Assembly (NCBI GenBank): GCA_041690595.1
Contig: JAWLHB010000005.1
Coordinates: forward strand, 248,001-288,694
Direction of reading: 5' to 3'
From: Lentisphaeria bacterium
Lineage (GTDB): Bacteria > Verrucomicrobiota > Lentisphaeria > JABSQK01 > JAWLHB01
Length of the DNA stretch: 40,694 bases
Positions within the stretch are counted from its first letter, which is position 1, and every line of letters starts with the position of its first letter. Positions 11,217-20,530 of this stretch are shown in pieces. The position numbers were made by a program, and so were the translations under genes. Under the pieces are notes generated by a model. The model did no database searches and was not told the origin of the DNA. It saw nothing but the letters and a program-made list of their open reading frames with translations.

Positions 11217-12856
11217 GCGTTCTCCAGATAGAGGGGGGGCGGTTCCGTTGAGACCCGCTGCACCGAATCCGTGGCCCCCTGAGCGCAGATCAACTCGAAG
11301 CGGTCGATCCTCCGGGCGATGGCCTCGGATTCGGCTTGCAGACGGGCGTCGGCAAGCATGGGCTGCACTATACGCAACGTTTCCAGGCTAATCCAGCGAT
11401 AGCTGCCAATCCAATCGAAATAATAGGCGATGCCCCGTTCCGCTTCCTCGCGATGTGCCTTGGCCAAAGTGTCGACGACGGCAAGCATCTGGTCGGCGGC
11501 TCCGGGATACATGCCAGTCACCCACTCCTCTTCGAGCTTGCGGACATCGGCATCGGGATTCCACATCTGGTGGGCAATGACGTATAGATCGAGTGCCAGG
11601 CGGCTCTCCCTGCCGAGGATGTCGGGGGTGAAACCGGCCCAGCCATAGATGCCGCCAACCTGAAGATCGCGGTAGCGGCGGAAGTCCTCGCGCGCCTGAT
11701 GCCGGAAGGGGATCAGCGACACGGCCCACCCCCAGTATTCGAAGATGCCAAGCTGCCCCGGAGCGCAGAGGTCGGACCACGCTTCGAGCGGCGCCAGCCA
11801 GTGGCGGTTCTGTTCGTGGGCGATCGGATACTGGTAGTTGCGTTCCAGCGGGCAGAACCAGCACTGCTGATTGGCGGCCGGACGCTCCCGGCGCGGAGGG
11901 CGGATCAGCTCGAAGTAGGCGATGATACCGAGACGCTTTCCGGGTATTTCCTCGCCGAGGGCGGCGGCCACATGATTCCAGAAGGGCAGATAGCCGTCAG
12001 CCGGGTTTTCACCGGCTACGGGCGAGTTCATGGGGATGTCGTCAGGCCAGAGGCCGATGATTTCCAGCTCGGGATTTCGTTTGGCGTAGTCGAGGTAGCG
12101 CTCGGTGATGAGGTCGCGCACCGCCGGCAGTTCGACGCGGGTCTGCCAGCCTCCCCTCCCCACCTCGTGGGCGGGCAGGAACCAATCCGGATGATGTACC
12201 CGGTAGGAGGCATCGCCGTAATGGCCGAAGTCGAAATTCTCATCGGGCGGGCAGAAGTAATGGATCGAGTGATAGCTCTGCTCGATGGTGAAGCCGCGGT
12301 CGAGCAACGCATCGAGGATGAGGTGCTTGTGCTGCTCCCACAGGTCAAAGCGATAGTAGTCGACGTAGAAGGCAAAGTGGTTGAGACGGCGCTTGGCGAG
12401 CCAGTCGAGCTGGGGAATGGTGAAGTCGGGATTGAGGAAGTCGAAGGGAACATTCTGCCTGAAGCACTGTGCGGTGCGGAAGATGTTGCGTACGGCAAAG
12501 GCGGCCGCCTCCTCGTGGTTGCCGGCCGGCAGCGTCAGGGCATCCAGGTGAGGCACCGTCTCAATGCCCGGCGCGATGAAGCGGCAGCCAAGGGATTCGA
12601 GCAGCTCGTAGACCGCGTAGAGGACGCTGCGGCCGTTACTGCCGAGGAGCGAGAGCCGCCCATTTTCCCAGCGTCGGGCAAAGCAGTCCCCGCCCAATTC
12701 GATCCGCCCACCCACGAGAATGGCCTCTTCATTCGGCGCTGCGTCACTCGCCTGCACAGCGACCGTCCGCGAGGTCATGCGTTCGAGATATGCGGCCAGT
12801 TCACGCGCGGCAAAGCGGCTCACGCGATCGGCGGAAGGTGAATGCTGGACAATCAT
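11213..12856 (-). CDS. DUF4838-like protein with hexosaminidase/glucuronidase-type N-terminal domain; putative glycan-active enzyme
   Basis: 'FAARELAAYLERMT', 'GRSVLYAVYELLESLGCRF', 'HPDWF'; no obvious signal peptide; 4-bp overlap with the next gene. Confidence 0.7.
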   Translation of the reverse strand: MIVQHSPSADRVSRFAARELAAYLERMTSRTVAVQASDAAPNEEAILVGGRIELGGDCFARRWENGRLSLLGSNGRSVLYAVYELLESLGCRFIAPGIETVPHLDALTLPAGNHEEAAAFAVRNIFRTAQCFRQNVPFDFLNPDFTIPQLDWLAKRRLNHFAFYVDYYRFDLWEQHKHLILDALLDRGFTIEQSYHSIHYFCPPDENFDFGHYGDASYRVHHPDWFLPAHEVGRGGWQTRVELPAVRDLITERYLDYAKRNPELEIIGLWPDDIPMNSPVAGENPADGYLPFWNHVAAALGEEIPGKRLGIIAYFELIRPPRRERPAANQQCWFCPLERNYQYPIAHEQNRHWLAPLEAWSDLCAPGQLGIFEYWGWAVSLIPFRHQAREDFRRYRDLQVGGIYGWAGFTPDILGRESRLALDLYVIAHQMWNPDADVRKLEEEWVTGMYPGAADQMLAVVDTLAKAHREEAERGIAYYFDWIGSYRWISLETLRIVQPMLADARLQAESEAIARRIDRFELICAQGATDSVQRVSTEPPPLYLENA

Positions 12857-12868
12857 ACGGGCATGAAC

Positions 12869-13924
12869 CTACGGGTTGAGGATTTGGCGGATCGAAAGGT
12901 CGTCGAACCAGATTTCACTGCCGTGGTCGGCAATGAGGGCAAAGGCAGCCTGGGTGACTTTGCCCCCGACACTGGGCGCAAAGACGTAGGAATAGGCCTG
13001 CCACTCCTCGCCGGCGGGAAAGCAGACGGACGGATGCAGGCTGTCGGCGGCCACGGCCCCTTTGGACTGATACCACATCGCGCAGAAGATGCCCGTACCC
13101 CGTACATGCAGGGTGACTCGATAGCGTGAGCCACTTTGCACCGGCACGCCTGCCTGGTAGAGGATGGTGTTGTCTTCGAGCGCATCCGGCGCCAGACGTA
13201 TGGCCTGCTCCCCGGAACGGGCCGCCGAGGCTTCCCGCACGATCAGCGGATCGGGCGAAGGAACGCTATTGAGGCACCAGCGATGAAGCACCTGGTGGGG
13301 TTCGCGAAAGCGGTCAGTCGGCACAAACAGCTCGAAGTCGCCATTGTGAAGCAGCTCGGGACCAAGCTCTTCGCCAGCGACCGGCAGGACCTCCCACTCG
13401 TCGATGGGTGGCGGAGCCGGCAGCGCGTCGGGAATCAGCAGCAGGGAGTCGAGGACCAGATTGCCTCCTCGGTGATTGGTGCCTTCACTGACAAAGCGCA
13501 GGCGGTTCTCGCCGGCCTTCAGGCGAAGCCGCTTCGTCGTCAGGCTATGGGGCAACTGCCGACTGTGCATCACCTGCGGCCCGCCGAGGTTGTACCAGCC
13601 CTTGACGACCTCATCCTGCTCGACGCGGTAGATGCCGCAGCTTGGCCCATGCGCCGCGTAAAAGCGGAACCGATAGATGCCGGCCTCCTCAATATCGAAG
13701 CTCAGCTCCAGAGCGGAGCCCTTGCCCCGCGGCACAAAGCAGAGAGCGGCGTCGCCGCTGAAGGCAATACGGCCATCATCAGGCTCACGCACGATCAGCA
13801 GATCGCCGCCGCGATAGATCGTTGCTGACGAGGCCTGCGCCTCCGCTTCGATCTCCCGCGGAGCGGCCGCCCAGCACATTGCGCTACAGCAGAACGCCAG
13901 CAGAAGACTAAAAGCCCTTGTCAT
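12869..13924 (-). CDS. Secreted protein with two predicted carbohydrate-binding jelly-roll domains
   Basis: Signal peptide from MTRAFSLLLAF; 'LRLKAGENRLRF..LVLDSL'; 'ELLHNGDFE..IWFDDLSIR' (CBM4/9-like). Alternative start at 13939. Confidence 0.65.
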   Translation of the reverse strand: MTRAFSLLLAFCCSAMCWAAAPREIEAEAQASSATIYRGGDLLIVREPDDGRIAFSGDAALCFVPRGKGSALELSFDIEEAGIYRFRFYAAHGPSCGIYRVEQDEVVKGWYNLGGPQVMHSRQLPHSLTTKRLRLKAGENRLRFVSEGTNHRGGNLVLDSLLLIPDALPAPPPIDEWEVLPVAGEELGPELLHNGDFELFVPTDRFREPHQVLHRWCLNSVPSPDPLIVREASAARSGEQAIRLAPDALEDNTILYQAGVPVQSGSRYRVTLHVRGTGIFCAMWYQSKGAVAADSLHPSVCFPAGEEWQAYSYVFAPSVGGKVTQAAFALIADHGSEIWFDDLSIRQILNP

Positions 13925-16900
13925 AGTCACCACGCTCATCCTGCTCGATCAGGGCATTGTCGTTCACGGCGCCAAAGGTGGCATCCTTCAGCCAGGCATA
14001 GCCGCCCCTTTCCTTCGCTATCGAGACGCGAAAAGCGACGGCATCCGTGGTGATGGGCCCGGCGGTCAGCCGTTCGCCGGTATCGTTGATGCCCAGATAG
14101 AGGGTCTCGCCGCTGTCCAACTCCATGCTGATGACGGTGGCGAAGGGCGTATCCACATGCACCTGCACCCGCTCCGCGTACGTCTCTGCCTCGAAAACAG
14201 GCTTGTGCGGCCAGAGCAGCGACGTAAAGTGCAGGGGGCGATCACCAGCGGGAAGCCCACGCCAGCGCTGGCTGATGCGCAGGGGAACGGACTGCCAGAT
14301 GTTCTCCAGCGAGCGGTCGAAGACTTCATAATCGCGATCCGCCCGCGGCGTATAGTAGATGAGCAGGTCCCAGTTGGGGTTCAGCCAGCGATTGACGCCC
14401 CGCCCCAATCCCAAGCCACTGTTGAGCATCCACGGAATGTTGACATTCACCCAGTTACTGCCCGCCTTGGGGGAGATGTTGCGGGTCTGCCACTGCTGAC
14501 GCACGCGACAGACAAAAGGCTGCTGGAAGTGCAGGAGATCCTTCACCAGCATCGGCCCCTCGCTCGTGAAGAGCACCCGCCGGTCGTTGGTCACCGGCCA
14601 GCGCTTGTAGTTCTCCACCGTGATGGCCGCATAGGTGGCCATGCGGCCCACCGCCAGGCTCACGACGGAGACGGCCTCTTCCCCGGAGGCGGGCGCGATA
14701 CCCGTCAGATCCTCGATGAAGATGACGTTGTGGTACTCGGGCCCCTGCTCGTAATAACCCAGGTCCATGAGGAGAGCCGCACGCTCATGCATGAAGCTGT
14801 TCACGTTGGGCACCGTCGAGGCATGGTGGCCGGCATCGGAGCAAAGCTCGATCATCGCAGCCGGCGCGAAGGGATCGCCACCGGCGCGCAGCAGCAGCTT
14901 GTCCGGCTGCATCTCATCGCGGAGCCTGAAGAAGAGGCCGGTGATCCCGTGCTCCTGGAACATCTCCTGACGGAAGGCTTCATCGACCTTCTCCACCTTC
15001 TTGCGGGTGGTGACCTGCGAGCGATAGTCGGGCGGCACTTCAGCAATGGAATCGTCGGCATAGTACCATGCCCAGGCACACATGGAGGCGGCCCGATCCT
15101 GTACCATGTGGTAGCTGTACAGATCCTCGATCTGCCGCGTGGCGTAGTCGAAGAGACGATGGGCCACCCACTTGTAGCGCCCGTCCCGGGTGATGGTCGC
15201 CATGCGCTCGAAGAGCGCGATCCATTGCCAGGACGACTCGTTCCACGGGCCCGCATCGCCGTACCCCGGCATGGCGCCACTGGGGGTGACCTGAAGCATG
15301 TAGCGTTCGACCCAGCGATGAAGCTCAGGATCCTCCAGATTCGCGGGGTCACGGAAGGCGGCCCAGTCGAGGTAGTCCATCATGCTGGCGGCATTGTAGT
15401 CCGAGGAGTTCTCGTCATGGTCGCGGAAGGGCCACCAGGAATTCCATTCCAGCTCCGCATAGGTGCGCCATTGCGCGACATCGGGGTGCTCCGGCTGGAG
15501 GGTCGCCGCAATGTCGAGCATGCCTCCCCAGAGGAGGGCGCGGTTGAACGCCCCCCACTCCTTCGGTCGGCTCTCGCTCCAGACGCGCTGAATGACCCGC
15601 GGCATGAAGTCGCGCAGCCACTCCTTGTCCGCGGCCGGCACCGCGGGATCCTCCAGCAACATGCGGCTGAACTCATGCAGGAAGATCCAGTGAGGGGTGA
15701 CGACCCCCTTCTCGTGCGTCTCGTGGGTCTTCTTCATGAGGCCCAGCGTAGCCTCCAGATAGCGCGCTTCACCACTCTCCTTGAAGAGCATGTACGAAGG
15801 AACCGCATAGTAGATGCCATGCTGGCCGGCATCGGCCTCCCGTCCCTTGCCGTAGAGCGAGCTCAGATGGTCGGTCACCTGCAGGGTCAGCGCCAGGTAG
15901 TCATCGCGAGTCACCACGCGTGGCTGGTAGCCCCGGCGGGTGGACGGAAAGGCGAAGCGCGTCGGATCCGGCACGATATAACGATCGGGTAGAAGACCGG
16001 CCTGGGCGGCCCCCTCCTCTTCCGACAGGATGATCTCGACCTCTTCGAACGTGGCGGCTGGCAAAGGCTGACCATTGAGGGCGACCTGCGCCATCAACTG
16101 GTAACGCCCCGGCGCAAGCCCCGCTCCCGGAAGACTGCCGGTGAAGAGCGTGGTCTGGCCACCCGGCAGCTCGGCAGCGACGGCAGCGCTGACAAGTTCC
16201 TTCCCCGCCGCATCGCCAAGCGTCACGCCGGTCAGCCGAAGGCCATCCGCCATCGCATCGATCTGCCCCGAAAAGCCGACGGGGCTGCCGCTGGCAACCA
16301 TCTGGTGGGTCGGCACAATCTCGCCGGCATAGGGGGCGCTGCCGAGGAAGCGCAGGTCGAGCCAGTGTGCCTTTGCGCCGTCGCGGCTCATGCCGCGGAT
16401 GAGCTGGGTGAAGCTCCCGTCGCCGTCATGATCCGGAAGGATGAAAGCGATTTTGATGCGATCGCCGGCGCGCGGCGCGAAGCCGATGTCGGGCAGCGAT
16501 ATGGATGCTTCGATGGTGAAGCCCCCATCGATCGGGCGGCAGGCATAGGTGGAGTTCGGCGTCCATGTGCGTGGGCCGGTGGCATCCGTGTACCAGGAGA
16601 AGCCGAAGAACGGTTCGCGGGCGGTCTCCGCCGTCTTGATCGCGTGAAACCGGGGGTTATCCGCGGAAGGGCCATACGGCGCCAGACTGAGCATGAGGCT
16701 GTCGCACTCCCATGGCTTCCCGTCGGGACCCTTCAAGGGCACAAGGTCCTGGTCACGCACGATGGCGGCCAGGTAGAGGCGTTCGCTGCCGTCCCACGCC
16801 ATTCGCACCTCCCCGCTGCTGTCCGCGGCAGAAGAAACGGCGGGCGGATTCTGGTAGGCGCTCGCCGTATCGATGACGATCGGTGACTTGTCGGCGGGCC

Positions 16901-17039
16901 ATTCCGCCAGATCACCGTCGATGACGATTTCCTCGGTCAGGGGAGCGAAGAAACGGTTGACGCGCTCCACGGTTTGCACCTGAACCTCCGCACGCAGGCT
17001 ACCAAGAATCATCAAAAAGACAAGAAGTCGGGGTTTCAT
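13908..17039 (-). CDS. Secreted multidomain protein: CBM9-like N-terminus + alpha/alpha-toroid and beta-sandwich (heparinase II/III-like) region
   Basis: Signal peptide; 'IVIDGDLAEW..MAWD..LYLAAIVRD'; 'ENSSDYN', 'PSGAMPGYGD', 'GHH', 'YHNVI' resemble oligo-lyase/heparinase motifs. Confidence 0.6.
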   Translation of the reverse strand: MKPRLLVFLMILGSLRAEVQVQTVERVNRFFAPLTEEIVIDGDLAEWPADKSPIVIDTASAYQNPPAVSSAADSSGEVRMAWDGSERLYLAAIVRDQDLVPLKGPDGKPWECDSLMLSLAPYGPSADNPRFHAIKTAETAREPFFGFSWYTDATGPRTWTPNSTYACRPIDGGFTIEASISLPDIGFAPRAGDRIKIAFILPDHDGDGSFTQLIRGMSRDGAKAHWLDLRFLGSAPYAGEIVPTHQMVASGSPVGFSGQIDAMADGLRLTGVTLGDAAGKELVSAAVAAELPGGQTTLFTGSLPGAGLAPGRYQLMAQVALNGQPLPAATFEEVEIILSEEEGAAQAGLLPDRYIVPDPTRFAFPSTRRGYQPRVVTRDDYLALTLQVTDHLSSLYGKGREADAGQHGIYYAVPSYMLFKESGEARYLEATLGLMKKTHETHEKGVVTPHWIFLHEFSRMLLEDPAVPAADKEWLRDFMPRVIQRVWSESRPKEWGAFNRALLWGGMLDIAATLQPEHPDVAQWRTYAELEWNSWWPFRDHDENSSDYNAASMMDYLDWAAFRDPANLEDPELHRWVERYMLQVTPSGAMPGYGDAGPWNESSWQWIALFERMATITRDGRYKWVAHRLFDYATRQIEDLYSYHMVQDRAASMCAWAWYYADDSIAEVPPDYRSQVTTRKKVEKVDEAFRQEMFQEHGITGLFFRLRDEMQPDKLLLRAGGDPFAPAAMIELCSDAGHHASTVPNVNSFMHERAALLMDLGYYEQGPEYHNVIFIEDLTGIAPASGEEAVSVVSLAVGRMATYAAITVENYKRWPVTNDRRVLFTSEGPMLVKDLLHFQQPFVCRVRQQWQTRNISPKAGSNWVNVNIPWMLNSGLGLGRGVNRWLNPNWDLLIYYTPRADRDYEVFDRSLENIWQSVPLRISQRWRGLPAGDRPLHFTSLLWPHKPVFEAETYAERVQVHVDTPFATVISMELDSGETLYLGINDTGERLTAGPITTDAVAFRVSIAKERGGYAWLKDATFGAVNDNALIEQDERGDYDKGF

Positions 17040-17040
17040 G

Positions 17041-20000
17041 CTACTTCACCTCCAGCTGGATTGTATGGGATTGGCCAGGCTGCATGTCGAGCGTCGCGCC
17101 CGCCCAGCTCAGCATGTCGAAGGATGGGTTCGGCTGCACCGACACCTTCCGCAGCAGACGATCGGTTGGGTTGTGAATCTCCAGTTCGAAATGGGTGGCG
17201 CTGACCTGCACCAGGTTGAGCACCACCTCCGCGCAGGAACTGGTAACCGGATGGCCGATGAAGACCTCCCATTCCCCCCCGGCTGCCAGGGTCGCCCAGG
17301 CCGCATCGTCCACGCAGCCAAGTGGGCGCCAACGGTGGCTGGCAAGGTCGAGCAGCATGACGGTCCAGTGCTCATGCAGAGGGCTGACCGCGATCGGCAT
17401 GGCTGTCAGCCAGCGTCGGGTGTCGGCATGGAAAACAACCGCGCCGTCCACGGCAATCAGCTCCTGCAGCAGTCGGCTCCCAGCTTGCCCACCCTGGCGC
17501 ATCTCGATGCTTCCTGCCGCTTCGTCGACGAGCCCGGAAGCGCCGTGGAAGAGCCTGCCGATATCTGGATCGGTGACATCGGTGCTGCCGCCAGCGGCGA
17601 TGATGCGCACCTGGCATGGAACGGTTGCCGGATCCAGGCGCAGGCAGAGGCGCTGCCCCTGCGCGTTGAGGCGGGTGAGCCTCTCTGGATCACCCTCGGC
17701 ATCCCGCCACAGCTCCAGATCGATGCCGTCGTTGTGGAAGATGGCAGGCCGCGATCCGTTCTCCCAGCTCACGATGTACTCCCCCCTTTTCCAGATCGTG
17801 GAGAAGGGCTCCGTCGACAAACCCGGAAGCTCCAGCGTGCTCCCGTCCAGCCGATAAAGCACATGCTCCGTCTCGCCGGTAAGCCAGCCCATGCGGAATG
17901 GAGCCTCGAATGCGGGAGGTTCCTTCCACGCGAAGTCGAAGGCATAGATCATGGCCGTCAGCGCATCGGGCTGCGGACGGAAGATCCAGGAGCGCCGCCG
18001 CAGCTCCACGTGGCGGCTTTCGCGGGAGGGATAAAGGCCGAAACCCACCACGATCCGCCCGAAGAACCAGGGCCAGTCCGGCTCATAGATACGATCCATG
18101 ATGAGCCCATCGATCGCCACATCGGGGCTGATCATCTCCTGACGCGAACGGACCATGATGGTCTCCTCGCCAGGCACCTGTGGGAAGATGTTGAGTCTGC
18201 CGCCCACGGAGCCAACGCCCCCGTCACTGGGAGTCGTGGGATCGTGCAGCGGGCTGCGCGGCACCGGCGCGATGGCGTCCCCATTGTACCAGAGCCGCCC
18301 GTTGACATGAGGCGCACCTCCCCACGGCCCGTTGTTATAGTAGAGGTAGAGGGTGCCGGACCAGCCATAGGCATTGCCATCCGCATCCTTCCCGTAGCCA
18401 AGCATGAGCGGGTTGTTGCGATCGGCGCAATAGAACTCGCACCAGTCCAGCCGCAGAGTCGGGAAGTCCTGGCTGATAGCGACCCGCCCACCTCGGTCGC
18501 GCGCCTCCAGGCTGAGATGCATCTGCTGATGATGCGCCAGATCCAGCTCGCGCACGAAATCCAGCTCCCCATTCGGTCGCCAGCGGCGAATAGCCCGGGG
18601 ACCGTCAAAGAGGATGACCTCCTCCAGACCGGCCTCGCTGTGCAGGTGCAGCCGCATGCGGAAGTGGATGATGTCGTTCCGGAAAAGGTCCGCGCAGGGT
18701 GGGATCTCCGTATCCGGCCCTCGCCAGGAGGGATCGCGCCCGGTGACGGAGGCCGCCCACGTGCGGATCTCCGGCCCCTGCGTCACGTACTGGAACGGGG
18801 CGCTGCACTGCCAGTTGTCGAAACGGAATCGCGGCGTGCGGGTGAAGGCCTCGTCGATCATGCCCCACCACTCCAGCTCCGGCGCCATGTACTTGCGGAG
18901 TACCTCCGCGGGCAAGGACTCGTAGGGCTCGGTGAAGACATTGCGCCAGCCGTCCGCCAGCGCGCGGGCAATGTCGCCCGGAGAGTGAAGCAGCGTCAGC
19001 ACGGTCGGGTTGAGGCGCATGCTCTGCTTCTCGATCAGGCGAAAGTGGTCGCGAATATCGTCGACAACCTCGCCATCTTCCCAAGTCACAAGGGCGGCGG
19101 AGTCGCAGAAGCGGTTCTCCTCCACCATGATCATGCTGGCGCCGTAGCGATAGCGGCCACGCCGGCAACGCAGATCCATGTCTGAGAAAAGAAGTGTGGC
19201 ATGAGCGTTCTCCAGGCGGCTGTTGCGCATGTTGCCACCCACAGCACCCGGGGCAACCCGCTTCTTGTCCTCGCTCAGCAGGTCGTCGCTGGGCATGATG
19301 ATCCGATAGCTGTACAGAAAGTAATGCGAGCCCGCGACATCCTCGATCGTATAGCCCGGCACCGCCAGAAAGCTCTCGTCGCTCCACGCTTCGCACTCCG
19401 CCTTGAGCCTCTCCAGTTTCGCGGCAGTGAGAGCGGCGAATTCTTCCAGGAAGACCAGGAAGTCCAACCCGTGGCGCTTGGCTTCGGCGACGTACTCGGC
19501 AACCGAGCCGCTGCCGGTCGAGAGCGCCGTGCGGGCGCCGATCAACCCGCCCCGTGGGGATGGATCCTCCGGCGGAAAGTCGGGATTGGCCCAGAGCACG
19601 GGCGGATCCTCCGGATAGCGCGGCACCTGCGGCTGCAGCGTGCGTGCATCGGTCTCCGCGCCACCCATCACACCGAGCGAAGACTCCGCCAGCCAGCCGT
19701 AGAGGTTGATGAGAAGCCGGGAGAGATGGGAAGGTCTCCCGTCGAAACCTTCGTGCATGATCCGTTCGGCTTCCGGACAGCAGTGTGGAATGTCGACACA
19801 GTACCCGGAGGGAATGCCGCAGACGGCAAGCCGTCCCTTGCCGATCTGGCAGGCTTGGATGATCGGCACATCGCTGGCGAAGGACGGTTGATCGGGATCG
19901 ACGATGATCGTGCTGTTGCCGGCACCCACCCCCTGCGTCGAGGTGCGGCTTTGCGGACTTCCCCAGAGAACCGGGAACCAACCCCTGGCCGGATCTCCCC

Positions 20001-20502
20001 ACACGGGCCGGGTCGAGAGGCCCGACCCCATGCTGGTGTAATACCACACCTGGTCGACCCCCTCGCCAACCCGCTTGTCGACACCGCCTGTACAGGCAGC
20101 GCGAAAGTGGTAATCCGCCATCTCCGGCGCCGCCGCCACACTCTCCTGCTCGATCGACAGCTCGAGTATGCGCGCTCCATACGGCCCCAGCAGCGAGTCG
20201 TACTTCAGCACTCCGCCGCTGGGCATCGCAAAGAAGACCCCACCACCCCGGCTGAGGAAGCTCTTCACCGAAGCCAGAAATGCTTCGACACATTTGGCCT
20301 CCTGCTCCCTGGTATGGCGCAAAGTATAGAAACGACCCAGCAGCAGAACATTGTAAAGGCCGCTGTCGAGGCGCCCGGCAAGCTCCTCGAAGGCGGCATG
20401 CTGAAGCGTGAAACCGGCCGCGACCAGAGGCCCGGCCACCAGTTCGGAATGACCGCCGGCTTCGGAAAGTATGGCGGGCGCGGTGCGGGATCCAGAATGC
20501 AT
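17041..20502 (-). CDS. Large hypothetical protein with degenerate PHP-like (CehA/McbA-type) domain
   Basis: Start moved to ATG 20502 (RBS gagga; avoids overlap with the upstream gene). 'GLIGARTALSTGSGSVAEYVAEAKRHGLDFLVFLE' matches the PHP N-terminal pattern without the His ligands. Confidence 0.6.
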   Translation of the reverse strand: MHSGSRTAPAILSEAGGHSELVAGPLVAAGFTLQHAAFEELAGRLDSGLYNVLLLGRFYTLRHTREQEAKCVEAFLASVKSFLSRGGGVFFAMPSGGVLKYDSLLGPYGARILELSIEQESVAAAPEMADYHFRAACTGGVDKRVGEGVDQVWYYTSMGSGLSTRPVWGDPARGWFPVLWGSPQSRTSTQGVGAGNSTIIVDPDQPSFASDVPIIQACQIGKGRLAVCGIPSGYCVDIPHCCPEAERIMHEGFDGRPSHLSRLLINLYGWLAESSLGVMGGAETDARTLQPQVPRYPEDPPVLWANPDFPPEDPSPRGGLIGARTALSTGSGSVAEYVAEAKRHGLDFLVFLEEFAALTAAKLERLKAECEAWSDESFLAVPGYTIEDVAGSHYFLYSYRIIMPSDDLLSEDKKRVAPGAVGGNMRNSRLENAHATLLFSDMDLRCRRGRYRYGASMIMVEENRFCDSAALVTWEDGEVVDDIRDHFRLIEKQSMRLNPTVLTLLHSPGDIARALADGWRNVFTEPYESLPAEVLRKYMAPELEWWGMIDEAFTRTPRFRFDNWQCSAPFQYVTQGPEIRTWAASVTGRDPSWRGPDTEIPPCADLFRNDIIHFRMRLHLHSEAGLEEVILFDGPRAIRRWRPNGELDFVRELDLAHHQQMHLSLEARDRGGRVAISQDFPTLRLDWCEFYCADRNNPLMLGYGKDADGNAYGWSGTLYLYYNNGPWGGAPHVNGRLWYNGDAIAPVPRSPLHDPTTPSDGGVGSVGGRLNIFPQVPGEETIMVRSRQEMISPDVAIDGLIMDRIYEPDWPWFFGRIVVGFGLYPSRESRHVELRRRSWIFRPQPDALTAMIYAFDFAWKEPPAFEAPFRMGWLTGETEHVLYRLDGSTLELPGLSTEPFSTIWKRGEYIVSWENGSRPAIFHNDGIDLELWRDAEGDPERLTRLNAQGQRLCLRLDPATVPCQVRIIAAGGSTDVTDPDIGRLFHGASGLVDEAAGSIEMRQGGQAGSRLLQELIAVDGAVVFHADTRRWLTAMPIAVSPLHEHWTVMLLDLASHRWRPLGCVDDAAWATLAAGGEWEVFIGHPVTSSCAEVVLNLVQVSATHFELEIHNPTDRLLRKVSVQPNPSFDMLSWAGATLDMQPGQSHTIQLEVK

Positions 20503-20530
20503 GCTCGTCCTCGCTGGTGAAAGGTGATGG

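Noticed and set aside
1868..19185. Very long antisense ORFs (1868-5527 -, 8568-11231 +, 14157-15992 +, 17038-19185 +)
   Set aside because: They are shadow frames of real high-GC genes, with no recognisable motifs.
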